This document shows positions 19,778 through 28,841 of a stretch of 64,000 nt of DNA, piece by piece. The stretch comes from Nitrospirales bacterium (lineage in GTDB: Bacteria; Nitrospirota; Nitrospiria; Nitrospirales; UBA8639). A program made the position numbers and the translations under genes. The notes below the pieces were generated by a model. It saw nothing but the letters and a program-made list of their open reading frames with translations. It had not been told where the DNA came from and made no database searches. The stretch lies in NCBI GenBank assembly GCA_963555755.3, contig OY820905.2, positions 2,880,001-2,944,000 of the forward strand. Direction: 5' to 3'. How positions within the stretch are numbered: the first letter of the stretch is position 1; the number at the start of each line of letters is the position of its first letter.

Positions 19778-20077
19778 TTAACTAACCTGTTTGCAACAAG
19801 GCTTTTCCTTCCCGCCTTCCATTAATAAGCGGAGGTCGTCGCCGGTCGCGGTTTCTTTGTCTAGGAGTTTTTGGGCGGCTTCTAAAAGAATGGGTTTGAG
19901 TTTGGTGAGGAGTTCACTTACCTTTTTGGTTTGGTTGTCGATGAAGTTACGGTCTTCTTGATCGATTTCACGGGCGGTTTCTTCGGAGTATTGCGTTCCA
20001 TAGCTGGGCTCTTTGGTTTGGAGGAACGACGCTTGGCGGTCATTTTCCAACGTGACAGTTCCTAATACGTCACTCAT
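19778..20077 (-). pseudogene. FtsH C-terminal (peptidase M41) remnant, copy 1
   Basis: MSDVLGTVTL...YSEETAREIDQE...AQKLLDKET.TGDDL. Confidence 0.75.
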
Positions 20078-20145
20078 GCCATAATCCCGGAAACTATTCC
20101 ATGTACCCGGTAAGATTCTATCCGGCTAGGCCAATATTTTCTTCC

Positions 20146-20353
20146 AGGGAATGTTGAAAAAAGCCACCAGCCTTCGCTAAAGCTACGGCTGGCATGCCAG
20201 TGGTTCCATGCCTGCCGAAGCGGCTTCGCGTAAGCAGGTCGCCCTTTTGCCGTGCTCACGTACTGAGAGTACGCTCCGCGCGTCAAAAGGGCTGCGGCCT
20301 TGCTGGACGGACCCTTCGGAAAGACTCAGGGCATGCTTTTTTGAACATTCCCT
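20146..20353. mobile_element. MITE carrying inserted REP-like hairpins
   Basis: TIR agggaatgttgaaaaagc / gcttttttgaacattccct; internal cgtactgagagtacg palindrome. Confidence 0.8.
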
Positions 20354-20431
20354 CTCACTGATGTTGGTCATCTGCCCTGGCGAATTTATGGGGTCTTGGC
20401 ATGAAATATTCAACAAGCCCTTCCAGGTTTT

Positions 20432-21580
20432 TCACGCGAATAGCGGGTGACCCTGCCCTAGCTCTTCAAGGGGAACCGCTTCCACCTTTTTAGATAACGA
20501 GAATCGTTTATTGCCGGGATAAATTATTGCGACACGTTCCAGGCCCAAGTCTTCCAAGGCAATGCGGATCGAAGGTGTCATGCCCGGCGCATCGGTCCGT
20601 TTGCATTCTACCCCAAGGAGCCGGTCGCCCCGGCGAATAATCAAATCGATCTCCGCTCCTTGATGCGTGGCCCAGAAATAGGCCTCGTCGTGTGGCTCCG
20701 TCATCATGAGCTGCTCGATCACGAAACCCTCCCATGAGGCGCCGAGTTTCGGGTGACTCATCAGGGCTTTGGCGGTCTCGATGCCAAGAAGGTGGTGCAA
20801 GAGGCCGCTATCTCGCACGTATACCTTTGGCGCTTTGACTTGGCGTTTTCTCAGGTTGGCATGCCAAGGTTGTAACTGCCGGATCATGAGTGCGTCGGTG
20901 AATAGGTCCAGGTACCGTCGAGTCGTGGACTCGCCGACGCCCAAGGCTCGCGCAGGTTCAGCTGCGTTCCAGGTTTGGCCGTGATAATGGGCCAGCATGG
21001 TCCAAAATCTTTGTAAGGCCACTGCGGGGACACGCACTCCCCATTGGGGAAGGTCACGTTCCAGCATTGTGCGGATGAAGCTTTTCCTCCAGGCGAAACT
21101 ATCCGTTTCCGTTTTAGCTAGATACGAGAGGGGAAAGCCTCCTCTTCCCCACAGCATGGACTCTGCGAGCGCACCCAGTTCTGATAACGAAAACCCTCCG
21201 ATGGTCACATACTCTAGGCGTCCCGCCAGGCTCTCCGAACTTTGTTGCAACAAATTACCCGAGGCGCTGCCCAAGATTAAAAAACGTGCAGGGGCCGCTT
21301 TGCGATCGGCCAGAACACGCAGCATGGGAAATATCTCGGGTCGCCGCTGCACTTCGTCGATCACCACCAGCCCTTTCAATGGGCGCAGGGCAGTCATCGG
21401 CTCATCAAGCCGGGCAAGGCTTGCCGGATCTTCCAAGTCAAAATAATTGACTGAATCCTCGCTGAGGAGTTCACGGGCCAAGGTAGTCTTGCCGCACTGG
21501 CGTGGGCCAGACAGCACGACCACTTTGCTACGCTTGATGGCGGTTTTGAGGGTGGAGAGGATGCCTAGGCGCTCGATCAT
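20432..21580 (-). CDS. AAA_14-family ATPase with DUF4143 C-terminal domain
   Basis: GPRQCGKTT, IDEVQ, LGSAS, ESLAGR, GGFP, KAPKVYVRDSG, EIDL..ECK. Confidence 0.9.
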   Translation of the reverse strand: MIERLGILSTLKTAIKRSKVVVLSGPRQCGKTTLARELLSEDSVNYFDLEDPASLARLDEPMTALRPLKGLVVIDEVQRRPEIFPMLRVLADRKAAPARFLILGSASGNLLQQSSESLAGRLEYVTIGGFSLSELGALAESMLWGRGGFPLSYLAKTETDSFAWRKSFIRTMLERDLPQWGVRVPAVALQRFWTMLAHYHGQTWNAAEPARALGVGESTTRRYLDLFTDALMIRQLQPWHANLRKRQVKAPKVYVRDSGLLHHLLGIETAKALMSHPKLGASWEGFVIEQLMMTEPHDEAYFWATHQGAEIDLIIRRGDRLLGVECKRTDAPGMTPSIRIALEDLGLERVAIIYPGNKRFSLSKKVEAVPLEELGQGHPLFA

Positions 21581-21869
21581 TAATAGGAATTATACCATGA
21601 AAATCCACCATATCATAGAGGAATTTCCTGATATCAATACATATTCAGATGCTTCAAATCCCTGCGCATCTAACAAGGAGCATGGTTCTGGCGAGTCCCT
21701 TTATGTCCTGAAATGGTACCCTCCTCCGAGCTCTGGGAGTTGCAATGGATCGAAAAAAAGTCCTGGCACACGGAGGACCATTCACAATCGTCGCCTCCAA
21801 GAAAAATGTCGGGAGTCGAGCGTAGCGTATATAAAATCTGGCTTTACCATGGAAAAGTTTTTTTGCGCC

Positions 21870-22050
21870 GTTTGGAGGCCGGCTTTTTTCTTGCCGCCTT
21901 CTATTAATTGGCGGAGGTCGTCACCGGTCATGACTTCTTCGTCCATGAGTTTTTGGGCGGCTTCTTCGGAGTATTGCGTTCCAAAGCTGCTCTCTTCGGC
22001 TTCCCGAAACGTTGTCCGTTCATCTTTTTCCAACATGCCGATTCCTACCA
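21870..22050 (-). pseudogene. FtsH C-terminal remnant, copy 2 (internally deleted)
   Basis: GTQYSEE|AAQKLMDEEVMTGDDLRQLIEGGKKK aligns with copy 1. Confidence 0.7.
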
Positions 22051-22263
22051 AGGGTTTCATGTTGAACATTGCACTATTCGCTTGGCAAGGTGGTGCCATA
22101 GAACACCTAGACATGGTCATGACATGCAGGGATTCTTGAAACTTTTGAAAGGTCTGCGGTCGATAGGTACGATCATCTGGGCTTAAGATCTCCACAATCA
22201 TCAGAAACAATTTGTTTCCACAATGATTTTGAATTTGAGCGGTCTCCTAGAAAGTGCCAAAGC

Positions 22264-24654
22264 ATGAATGACTGGTCTTTAATTTACGAAGGATTTGATC
22301 CTGAGAAAGAGGGGTTACGGGAAACCTTGTGCACATTGGGCAATGGATACTTTGCGACGCGAGGTGCCGCTCATGAAGCTAATGCCGACGCCACGCATTA
22401 CCCGGGCACGTATCTTGCTGGCGGATATAACCGCTTACAGACCGAGATTGGTGGCCGAACGATTGAAAATGAAGACCTCGTCAACTTACCAAATTGGTTG
22501 TCCCTCATCTTTCGTCACCCTGATAGCCATTGGTTCAACCTCCAAGTGATGGAGGTTCTTTCGTATCGCCAGGAGCTTGATCTAAAGGCCGGAGTTCTTC
22601 ATCGATCCGTTCATTTCCAAGACGGCAAAGGCCGTAAGACCACCCTGACGAGCCGCCGGTTTGTGCATCTTGGGTTTCAACACCTGGCCGGCTTGGAAGT
22701 CGTGATTACCCCCGAAAATTGGTCCGGGCCTTTGGAGATTCGGACAGCTCTTGACGGTCGAGTGCTGAACGCGGGCGTGGCTCGCTATCAAACCTTGAAT
22801 AATAAACATCTGATAGGTCTAGAGTCTTCGGCTGTTGGAGAGGATGGGCTTTTTCTGTGTATGGAAACGAGTCAATCGAAACTCCGCATCGCAGAAGCCG
22901 CCAGCACTCAATTCACTCTTGATGATTCTTTGTTGAGGCCATCCCGGCACCTGGTTCAAGGATCTGAATACATCGGTCACGAATGTACGATTGGGATGAA
23001 ACAAGGTCATCCGCTGACCATTGAAAAAATCCTGACGCTGTATACCTCACGAGACCATGGCGTTTCGGAATGTGGATTGGACGCCCGACATACCCTCAAC
23101 AACACCAGTGGGTTTGAGGACTTGCTTCGTTCGCATACTCAGCATTGGAATCGGTTGTGGCAGCGTTGCGATATCGGCATTCAAGATAGTGAGGATTCTC
23201 AGCTTATTCTTCGGTTGCACATCTTTCACCTCCTTCAAACGGTTTCGCCTAATACGATCGATTTGGATGTCGGAGTCCCAGCGCGCGGCCTGCATGGTGA
23301 AGCCTACCGAGGGCAGGTCTTTTGGGACGAACTCTTTATTTTCCCGCTTCTTAATTTTCGAATTTCTGCCATCACGAAATCGCTCTTACTCTATCGTCAT
23401 CGGCGACTCGATCAGGCCCGCTGGAATGCGCAACACGCTGGGTTTAGTGGCGCGCTCTACCCCTGGCAAAGCGGAAGCAATGGACGAGAGGAAAGTCAGA
23501 CGTTGCACCTGAACCCCCAATTCGGTCGATGGACTCCTGACAATAGTGCGCTCCAACGGCATGTGAATGCGGCCATTGCTTACAATGTATGGCAGTACTT
23601 TCAAGTGACCGACGATTGGGAGTTTCTCTCTTTTTATGGCGCGGAAATGATTTTGGAGATTGCCCGGTTTTGGGCCAGCGCTGTTTCCTACAGTCCAGAC
23701 AAAGACCATTACGAAATTTTGAATGTCATGGGTCCCGATGAATACCACGATCAGTATCCTCATTCAACAGAACCCGGTCTGAACAACAATGCCTATACCA
23801 ATCTCATGGTGGTGTGGATCTTTTGTCGGGCTTTGGAAATCCTCGACATGCTATCTGGAGATAGCCGAACCGAGCTGCGGGAAATTATGCACATTAGTAC
23901 TACCGAGGTTGAACTGTGGGACGACATCAGCCGGAAAATGTTTATTCCCTTTCATGACCATGGGATAATTAGCCAATTCGAAGGGTATGAGGATTTAGAG
24001 GAATTTGATTGGGATCGGTATCGCCAACAATACGGCGATGTTCAGCGACTGGATCGTATTCTCGAAGCCGAAGGAAATTCCACGAATCGGTACAAATTAT
24101 CTAAACAAGCCGATGTGTTGATGCTCTTTTACTTGTTCTCGTCAGACGAATTGCGACTCTTGTTTACACGGCTGGGCTATCCATTTACATATTCAACCAT
24201 CCCTCAGAACATTGCGTATTACTTGAGTCGCACGGCCCACGGATCATCCCTCAGCCGTGTGGTGCACTCCTGGGTCATGGCACGCTCCGATCGCGAACAG
24301 GGCTGGGGTTTATGGAAAGATGCTTTAAGAGTGGATGTCTCGGATATTCAATCGGGAACCACTGCGGAGGGCATTCATCTGGGTGCCATGGCGGGGACAG
24401 TGGATCTCATTCAACGCGGGTATACGGGTTTGGAAACACGAGGAGGAACGCTGTATTTTAACCCCTGCCTCCCCAAAGGATTAAAGGCCCTCAATCTCCG
24501 ACTGTTTTATCGGGGTCATTCTTTGGATGTGTCCGTTACGCAAGACACGTTTCAAATAGGGTCACGCCCAGGGCGAGCCGCCCCAATTCAGGTGTCCATC
24601 AAAGGCAAATCCCAAAAACTCAAGCCTGGACAAATTGTTAGCACTCCAATTTAA
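22264..24654 (+). CDS. Glycoside hydrolase family 65 (trehalose/kojibiose phosphorylase-like)
   Basis: LGNGYFATRG, ARGLHGEAYRG..FWDE, GPDEYH, KQAD, HGSSLS, GIHLGAMAG. Confidence 0.92.
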   Translation: MNDWSLIYEGFDPEKEGLRETLCTLGNGYFATRGAAHEANADATHYPGTYLAGGYNRLQTEIGGRTIENEDLVNLPNWLSLIFRHPDSHWFNLQVMEVLSYRQELDLKAGVLHRSVHFQDGKGRKTTLTSRRFVHLGFQHLAGLEVVITPENWSGPLEIRTALDGRVLNAGVARYQTLNNKHLIGLESSAVGEDGLFLCMETSQSKLRIAEAASTQFTLDDSLLRPSRHLVQGSEYIGHECTIGMKQGHPLTIEKILTLYTSRDHGVSECGLDARHTLNNTSGFEDLLRSHTQHWNRLWQRCDIGIQDSEDSQLILRLHIFHLLQTVSPNTIDLDVGVPARGLHGEAYRGQVFWDELFIFPLLNFRISAITKSLLLYRHRRLDQARWNAQHAGFSGALYPWQSGSNGREESQTLHLNPQFGRWTPDNSALQRHVNAAIAYNVWQYFQVTDDWEFLSFYGAEMILEIARFWASAVSYSPDKDHYEILNVMGPDEYHDQYPHSTEPGLNNNAYTNLMVVWIFCRALEILDMLSGDSRTELREIMHISTTEVELWDDISRKMFIPFHDHGIISQFEGYEDLEEFDWDRYRQQYGDVQRLDRILEAEGNSTNRYKLSKQADVLMLFYLFSSDELRLLFTRLGYPFTYSTIPQNIAYYLSRTAHGSSLSRVVHSWVMARSDREQGWGLWKDALRVDVSDIQSGTTAEGIHLGAMAGTVDLIQRGYTGLETRGGTLYFNPCLPKGLKALNLRLFYRGHSLDVSVTQDTFQIGSRPGRAAPIQVSIKGKSQKLKPGQIVSTPI

Positions 24655-24768
24655 AGTTTTGATCTTTTCCTGTTTTCCATCTTGAACTTGCTATTCCCTG
24701 TTGCATGTAACGAGTAACCTTTTATTTTTCCCCTTTGAAAAAATGGGCAAGAGGGAAAGTCTTAAAAT

Positions 24769-25248
24769 TTATTCTCGCTGACGAGTTTTCATAGCTCGGT
24801 CCATTTCCCGACCAGCTTCCCGTTTTTTGACGGTCTCGCGTTTGTCATAATGCTTTTTCCCACGAGCCAGACCCAACTCAACTTTGGCAATTCCGCGGGA
24901 ATTGAAGTAAATACGTAGGGGAACAAGCGTCAGCCCTTTTAATTTGACCTTTTCGGCAAGCTTCTCAATTTGCTTTTTATGCAACAACATGGGGCGAGGA
25001 CGTAATGGCTCATGGTTCATAATGTTGCCATGGCTATATTCTCCAATATGACAGTTATGAAGAACGGCCTTGCCCTTGACCACTGTGGCATAGCCCTCAC
25101 GCAAATTGACCCGGCCTTCCCTTAGCGACTTCACTTCCGTCCCTTTCAGGATCAAGCCTGCCTCTATTTTTTCCTCAATCGAATAGTCGTGAAACGCTTT
25201 CCGATTGGAGCCGACGACTTTAGTTGTGGAATCCTGCTTTGCAGCCAT
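24769..25248 (-). CDS. smpB: SsrA-binding protein
   Basis: NRKAFHDY, EAGLILKGTEVKSLR, LLHKKQI, GKKHYDKRE. Confidence 0.97.
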   Translation of the reverse strand: MAAKQDSTTKVVGSNRKAFHDYSIEEKIEAGLILKGTEVKSLREGRVNLREGYATVVKGKAVLHNCHIGEYSHGNIMNHEPLRPRPMLLHKKQIEKLAEKVKLKGLTLVPLRIYFNSRGIAKVELGLARGKKHYDKRETVKKREAGREMDRAMKTRQRE

Positions 25249-25281
25249 AAATAAACCCTAAAGGATCATTGAAAGCATTTT

Positions 25282-25349
25282 CTCCTCCCCCTTTGTAAGG
25301 AGGCCTGCGCGCCGAAGCCGCACCGGCGAAGGAGAGGGCTGGGGGAGGT
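25282..25349. repeat. REP-like palindrome with nested insert
   Basis: ctcctccccctttgtaaggag...gagggctgggggagg with gcctgcgcgccgaagccgc insert. Confidence 0.55.
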
Positions 25350-25497
25350 AGAGACATTCAACTGTTAAAAAGCGTGAAATATAGGAACACGAGTCTCATT
25401 CTCCTATAGATTCCCTCAGGGTAGATGAAGAAAATAGGGAGCCCAATACCATGACCTGGCTTGATCCCTTCCGCGCTCAAGCCTTACAATCTAGCCA

Positions 25498-25967
25498 TGC
25501 ATTCCTTTACCTCCTTTCATTCCATTTTACAAGGCCTCGCCCGAAGCCAGGGTTTTGACGTTCGGCTTTGGGAGTATCGGCTGCAAACCCAATGGAGAGA
25601 TATCGTCGGAGAGGTGCTAGCCGCTCATACCTGGCCAACCAGAATTCGCTTTCGGAAACTCTTTATCGCCGTGGACAATTCGGTGTGGCTGCATCAACTG
25701 ACGTATCTGAAGTCTACCCTCATGGAAAAAATACAATCCGAAGCACCCGATCTCTATTTTCGAGACATTGTCTTCCGAATCGGGGAAATCCCAGTACAAA
25801 AATGGGAAGATCAAGAACCCAAGAATACTCTTCCTCACGTTTCCGCAGAATCCCTTATGACCGCAACTGAATATACCCGAGAAGTCACCAATGAAGAATT
25901 ACGCTACTCCTTGACCCGTATCATCTCCAAAGCGCTTTCTTCTTCAGGTGATATTCGTAATTTTTAA
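25498..25967 (+). CDS. dciA: DUF721/DciA-family protein
   Basis: WRDIVGEVLAAHTWP...LFIAVDNSVWLHQL..LK...IVFRIG. Confidence 0.8.
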
Positions 25968-25982
25968 TGATTTCAAAACTCA

Positions 25983-26125
25983 AGGGCACCTCTAAAAACC
26001 AGGCATTTTTTGTGAGGGCAAGGAAGCCGCGCGCGGAAAACCGGAGTGTATGGGCGAATACATGAGGATTTGAGCACGCGGCTGACGCCGCCATCACGGA
26101 AAAGGACGGTTTTTAGAGGTGCCCT
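25983..26125. mobile_element. 143-bp MITE, inverted copy of 10675-10817
   Basis: TIR agggcacctctaaaaacc / ggtttttagaggtgccct. Confidence 0.9.
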
Positions 26126-26324
26126 CAAATATCTTGGCTTAACCCCCCAAACCACTACCTAGGGGGGGTTAAACAACAGCTATAAAACAACCATTGCTCT
26201 TCGCTTTGTACTCCCTATTCTGTTAGACCCTTAAAACAGGCATTCCCTCTGATTATTATTCCTTCTCAATATATGCCATTTTTTATTAAACTATTCTTCA
26301 TTTGATACTTGGGAGCAATGTTCG

Positions 26325-27103
26325 ATGAATTCGGCCAAGTTGTTCGAACAAATTCATGAACGTATGGGAGAAAAATCCACGGGAGAACTATTAACGATTT
26401 GGAAAGAAAATGATCATGGGCTTTGGTCAGACGAGGCTTTTAAGGCAATAGAAGAAATTCTCTCAAGTCATAAGGTACAGCTTCCTGCCCAAGGGCAGAT
26501 CAAAAAAACGGTTCCACAATTGCAACCGCTAGAGGAAAGTTGGGAAAAACCTTTCATATCCTGGGCATTTTATATTCTTTTTCTTTTATGGATCGCGGTT
26601 TTCCATCCCTTCTTTTTTGTCGCAGGATTTTTACCTTCATTATCGAAAGCCCTCTCCACCCTGACCTTAGACAATCCCTTACAAGTATAGGACAAATTCA
26701 GGACATACATGCTTATGTCTTTTTATTGAAAGTATTTTCTTTATTAGAGTTGAGTCTTATATGTTTGGGGTATTATGCAGGGTACTTACTAGTAGAGAAA
26801 AAGTTCAACGCCCTAACTTGGACCAAACGTTACATATCTCTGTTATTTTCTTGGTTAATTTGCTCTTTCTTCATCTATAAATTTTACCCATTTGCGGAAG
26901 CTATAATTCAGGCTAAGGCTTCCGTCATAGACTTACCTCTGAATTGGGAAATCTTGTTTAAAGAAAAAGTCTCCAATCGTGCTTCGGAGTATGCTTGGAT
27001 TAGTTCAAAAATTTACATGCCCCCAATATTTTGTACTATCGTTTGGTTTATCTATTTCGCAAAGTCAAAGTGGATTGCCGAACGAATACCAACAAAACCA
27101 TAG
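26325..27103 (+). pseudogene. Membrane protein apparently split by a frameshift (ORFs 26325-26690 and 26540-27103)
   Basis: Overlapping AT-rich ORFs; hydrophobic segments continue across frames near 26680. Confidence 0.5.
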
Positions 27104-27235
27104 TTTCCCAGAGAAAAATAATCACCTTTTCCTGCCATCTTAAGACCTTTCCATCGATTCATGTTCGAACAGAACGTGGATATTTTGATCTCCCGTTTTG
27201 ATTTATTTTTTTAATGGACCGAGCCAGCCTTTTGT

Positions 27236-27667
27236 TTATTTCAGTTTGGGAAGTTCCTCAACCCATAAAACTCTTTGGCCATACTGACCTGAAGCCAAGG
27301 AAGAGTAAAATTTGCGGTCTGCTGTTACGACATGTCCATTAATGGTTTCAGCCAGGGCCAGGTACAGGCAATCGTATAAACTTTGTTTGGTTTGTAAGGC
27401 TAAGGCAAACGCAGATTTTAACAATCGTTCATCCGAATGTTTTTGCAAGGGAATATTGTTTAGTTCTTTGAGAATGGCTTCCCCTTCTTTAGGTGTGAGC
27501 TCATCTCGGCGGATTCTTTTGGAGAGGACACTACCCAGCTCTAAATTGAAAAAAGCTGGTACATGGAGCGAACCTTTCAAGAATTGCAATCTGCTGGCAG
27601 CTTCAGAGTGGATTTCAGGAAGGAACCACTTAATTCCAACGCTGGCATCCACAACATAACGGATCAC
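27236..27667 (-). CDS. vapC: VapC PIN-domain toxin
   Basis: YVVDASV.IKW, YDCLYLALAE, VTADRK. Confidence 0.92.
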   Translation of the reverse strand: MIRYVVDASVGIKWFLPEIHSEAASRLQFLKGSLHVPAFFNLELGSVLSKRIRRDELTPKEGEAILKELNNIPLQKHSDERLLKSAFALALQTKQSLYDCLYLALAETINGHVVTADRKFYSSLASGQYGQRVLWVEELPKLK

Positions 27668-27897
27668 CGATCACGATCCTCTCGAATGAGGGTAGCACTA
27701 TCATTAAATTTCCTCCTGGATTTTTCGAGGGTTTTTCGGAACTTCGCAATCCGTTTCCACGCTCCCTCATAATCAGGGACCGCTTCTTCCAAAATTATCT
27801 TCACTTCTGATTGGAGTGAACGACCATGTTCCTTGGCTCGCTTCTTCAACCGTTCCACTACCTTGTCATTGAGTTGTCGAACCAGAACTTGTGCCAT
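27664..27897 (-). CDS. FitA/Arc-type RHH antitoxin
   Basis: MAQVLVRQL...LKKRAKEHGRSLQSEVKIIL...IREDRDR; overlaps vapC start. Confidence 0.88.
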   Translation of the reverse strand: MAQVLVRQLNDKVVERLKKRAKEHGRSLQSEVKIILEEAVPDYEGAWKRIAKFRKTLEKSRRKFNDSATLIREDRDR

Positions 27898-27927
27898 GTT
27901 TCTCCCCCAGATGTATATTGACGTTTC

Positions 27928-28578
27928 CTATGATAGCAAAATGATAGCACTGCAATAGTTCACGGTCAATGCTCTCTTTTTAACTGCTACAACCCATGAT
28001 TCCTTCTTTTTTTGGGATAGTGAATCGTCATCAAACAACATCTGAATGTTTTGCTTCTTCCCGGGTTTTGCTTTATCAGGAATTGGGCCAATCCAGCCTT
28101 TGGTTTTGCCATAGAGATAGATAAAGCCCCCTCGCGCTGCTTTTTGAAATTCCTGTCGAAAAGTGTCCTCTTCCGGTCCTTCTTTATCCCCAAGATACCG
28201 ATGAAGGGTATCCGGTTCGGTCCATTTGGGATCGGAAAAAATATAGAGAATCATCTCCTGATATAACATTTTTGGATCTTCCGGTGTTGTGGGCCGCACT
28301 TTCATGGATCGAAAATCGTGGGCGGACAGGCCTAGATCTCGGAATCGATGGATCAGGGTTTTGATTTCCGGATCGCTTGTCCAGGCGGGGACATGGACGG
28401 CCACGACCGTACCTTCCTGCCAGCCAATGCTATAGGGCGGAATGGTTCGATCCGGTCTGGACAGAAACATCCCACTGGCGATGAGTAGGAACCCACCAAT
28501 GAACACGGTGAGTCCGATCTTGACAATAGGGTCCAACCGTTTTTTGGCTGGTTTATTTTTCGAATCCACTTTGGCCAA
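27928..28578 (-). CDS. Hypothetical single-TM protein
   Basis: 216-aa ORF with N-terminal TM helix. Confidence 0.6.
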   Translation of the reverse strand: MAKVDSKNKPAKKRLDPIVKIGLTVFIGGFLLIASGMFLSRPDRTIPPYSIGWQEGTVVAVHVPAWTSDPEIKTLIHRFRDLGLSAHDFRSMKVRPTTPEDPKMLYQEMILYIFSDPKWTEPDTLHRYLGDKEGPEEDTFRQEFQKAARGGFIYLYGKTKGWIGPIPDKAKPGKKQNIQMLFDDDSLSQKKKESWVVAVKKRALTVNYCSAIILLS

Positions 28579-28605
28579 TTGCGGTTTTAGGTGTTTCTAA
28601 ATTTA

Positions 28606-28713
28606 CCCCCTCACCCTAACCCCACGCCTCCGCCAGAGCGCTCCCGGCCTTCGTAGCCACTTCGGCGGAGTAGGCTCGGCGCGCCGGCAGGTCTCCCCCA
28701 AGGGGGCGAGGGG
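28606..28713. repeat. Nested REP-like palindromes
   Basis: Outer ccccctcaccctaaccc|tctcccccaagggggcgagggg with GC-rich insert. Confidence 0.7.
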
Positions 28714-28841
28714 AAAAACTGGAAATCCCTGCTTCGAGCCCCGTGGGGTGTGAAGGGAAACGGTCAGAAAGGCTCTACACTAAAAGTAAGGAAGAATAAA
28801 CAAATTTAGGAAGGATTTAGCAACAGCAGGTATGGAATGAG

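Noticed and set aside
20074..20450. Three short overlapping ORFs
   Set aside because: Derived from a MITE plus REP-like inserts.
24655..25460. tmRNA next to smpB
   Set aside because: No GGGG...CCACCA tRNA-like ends or tag frame recognised.
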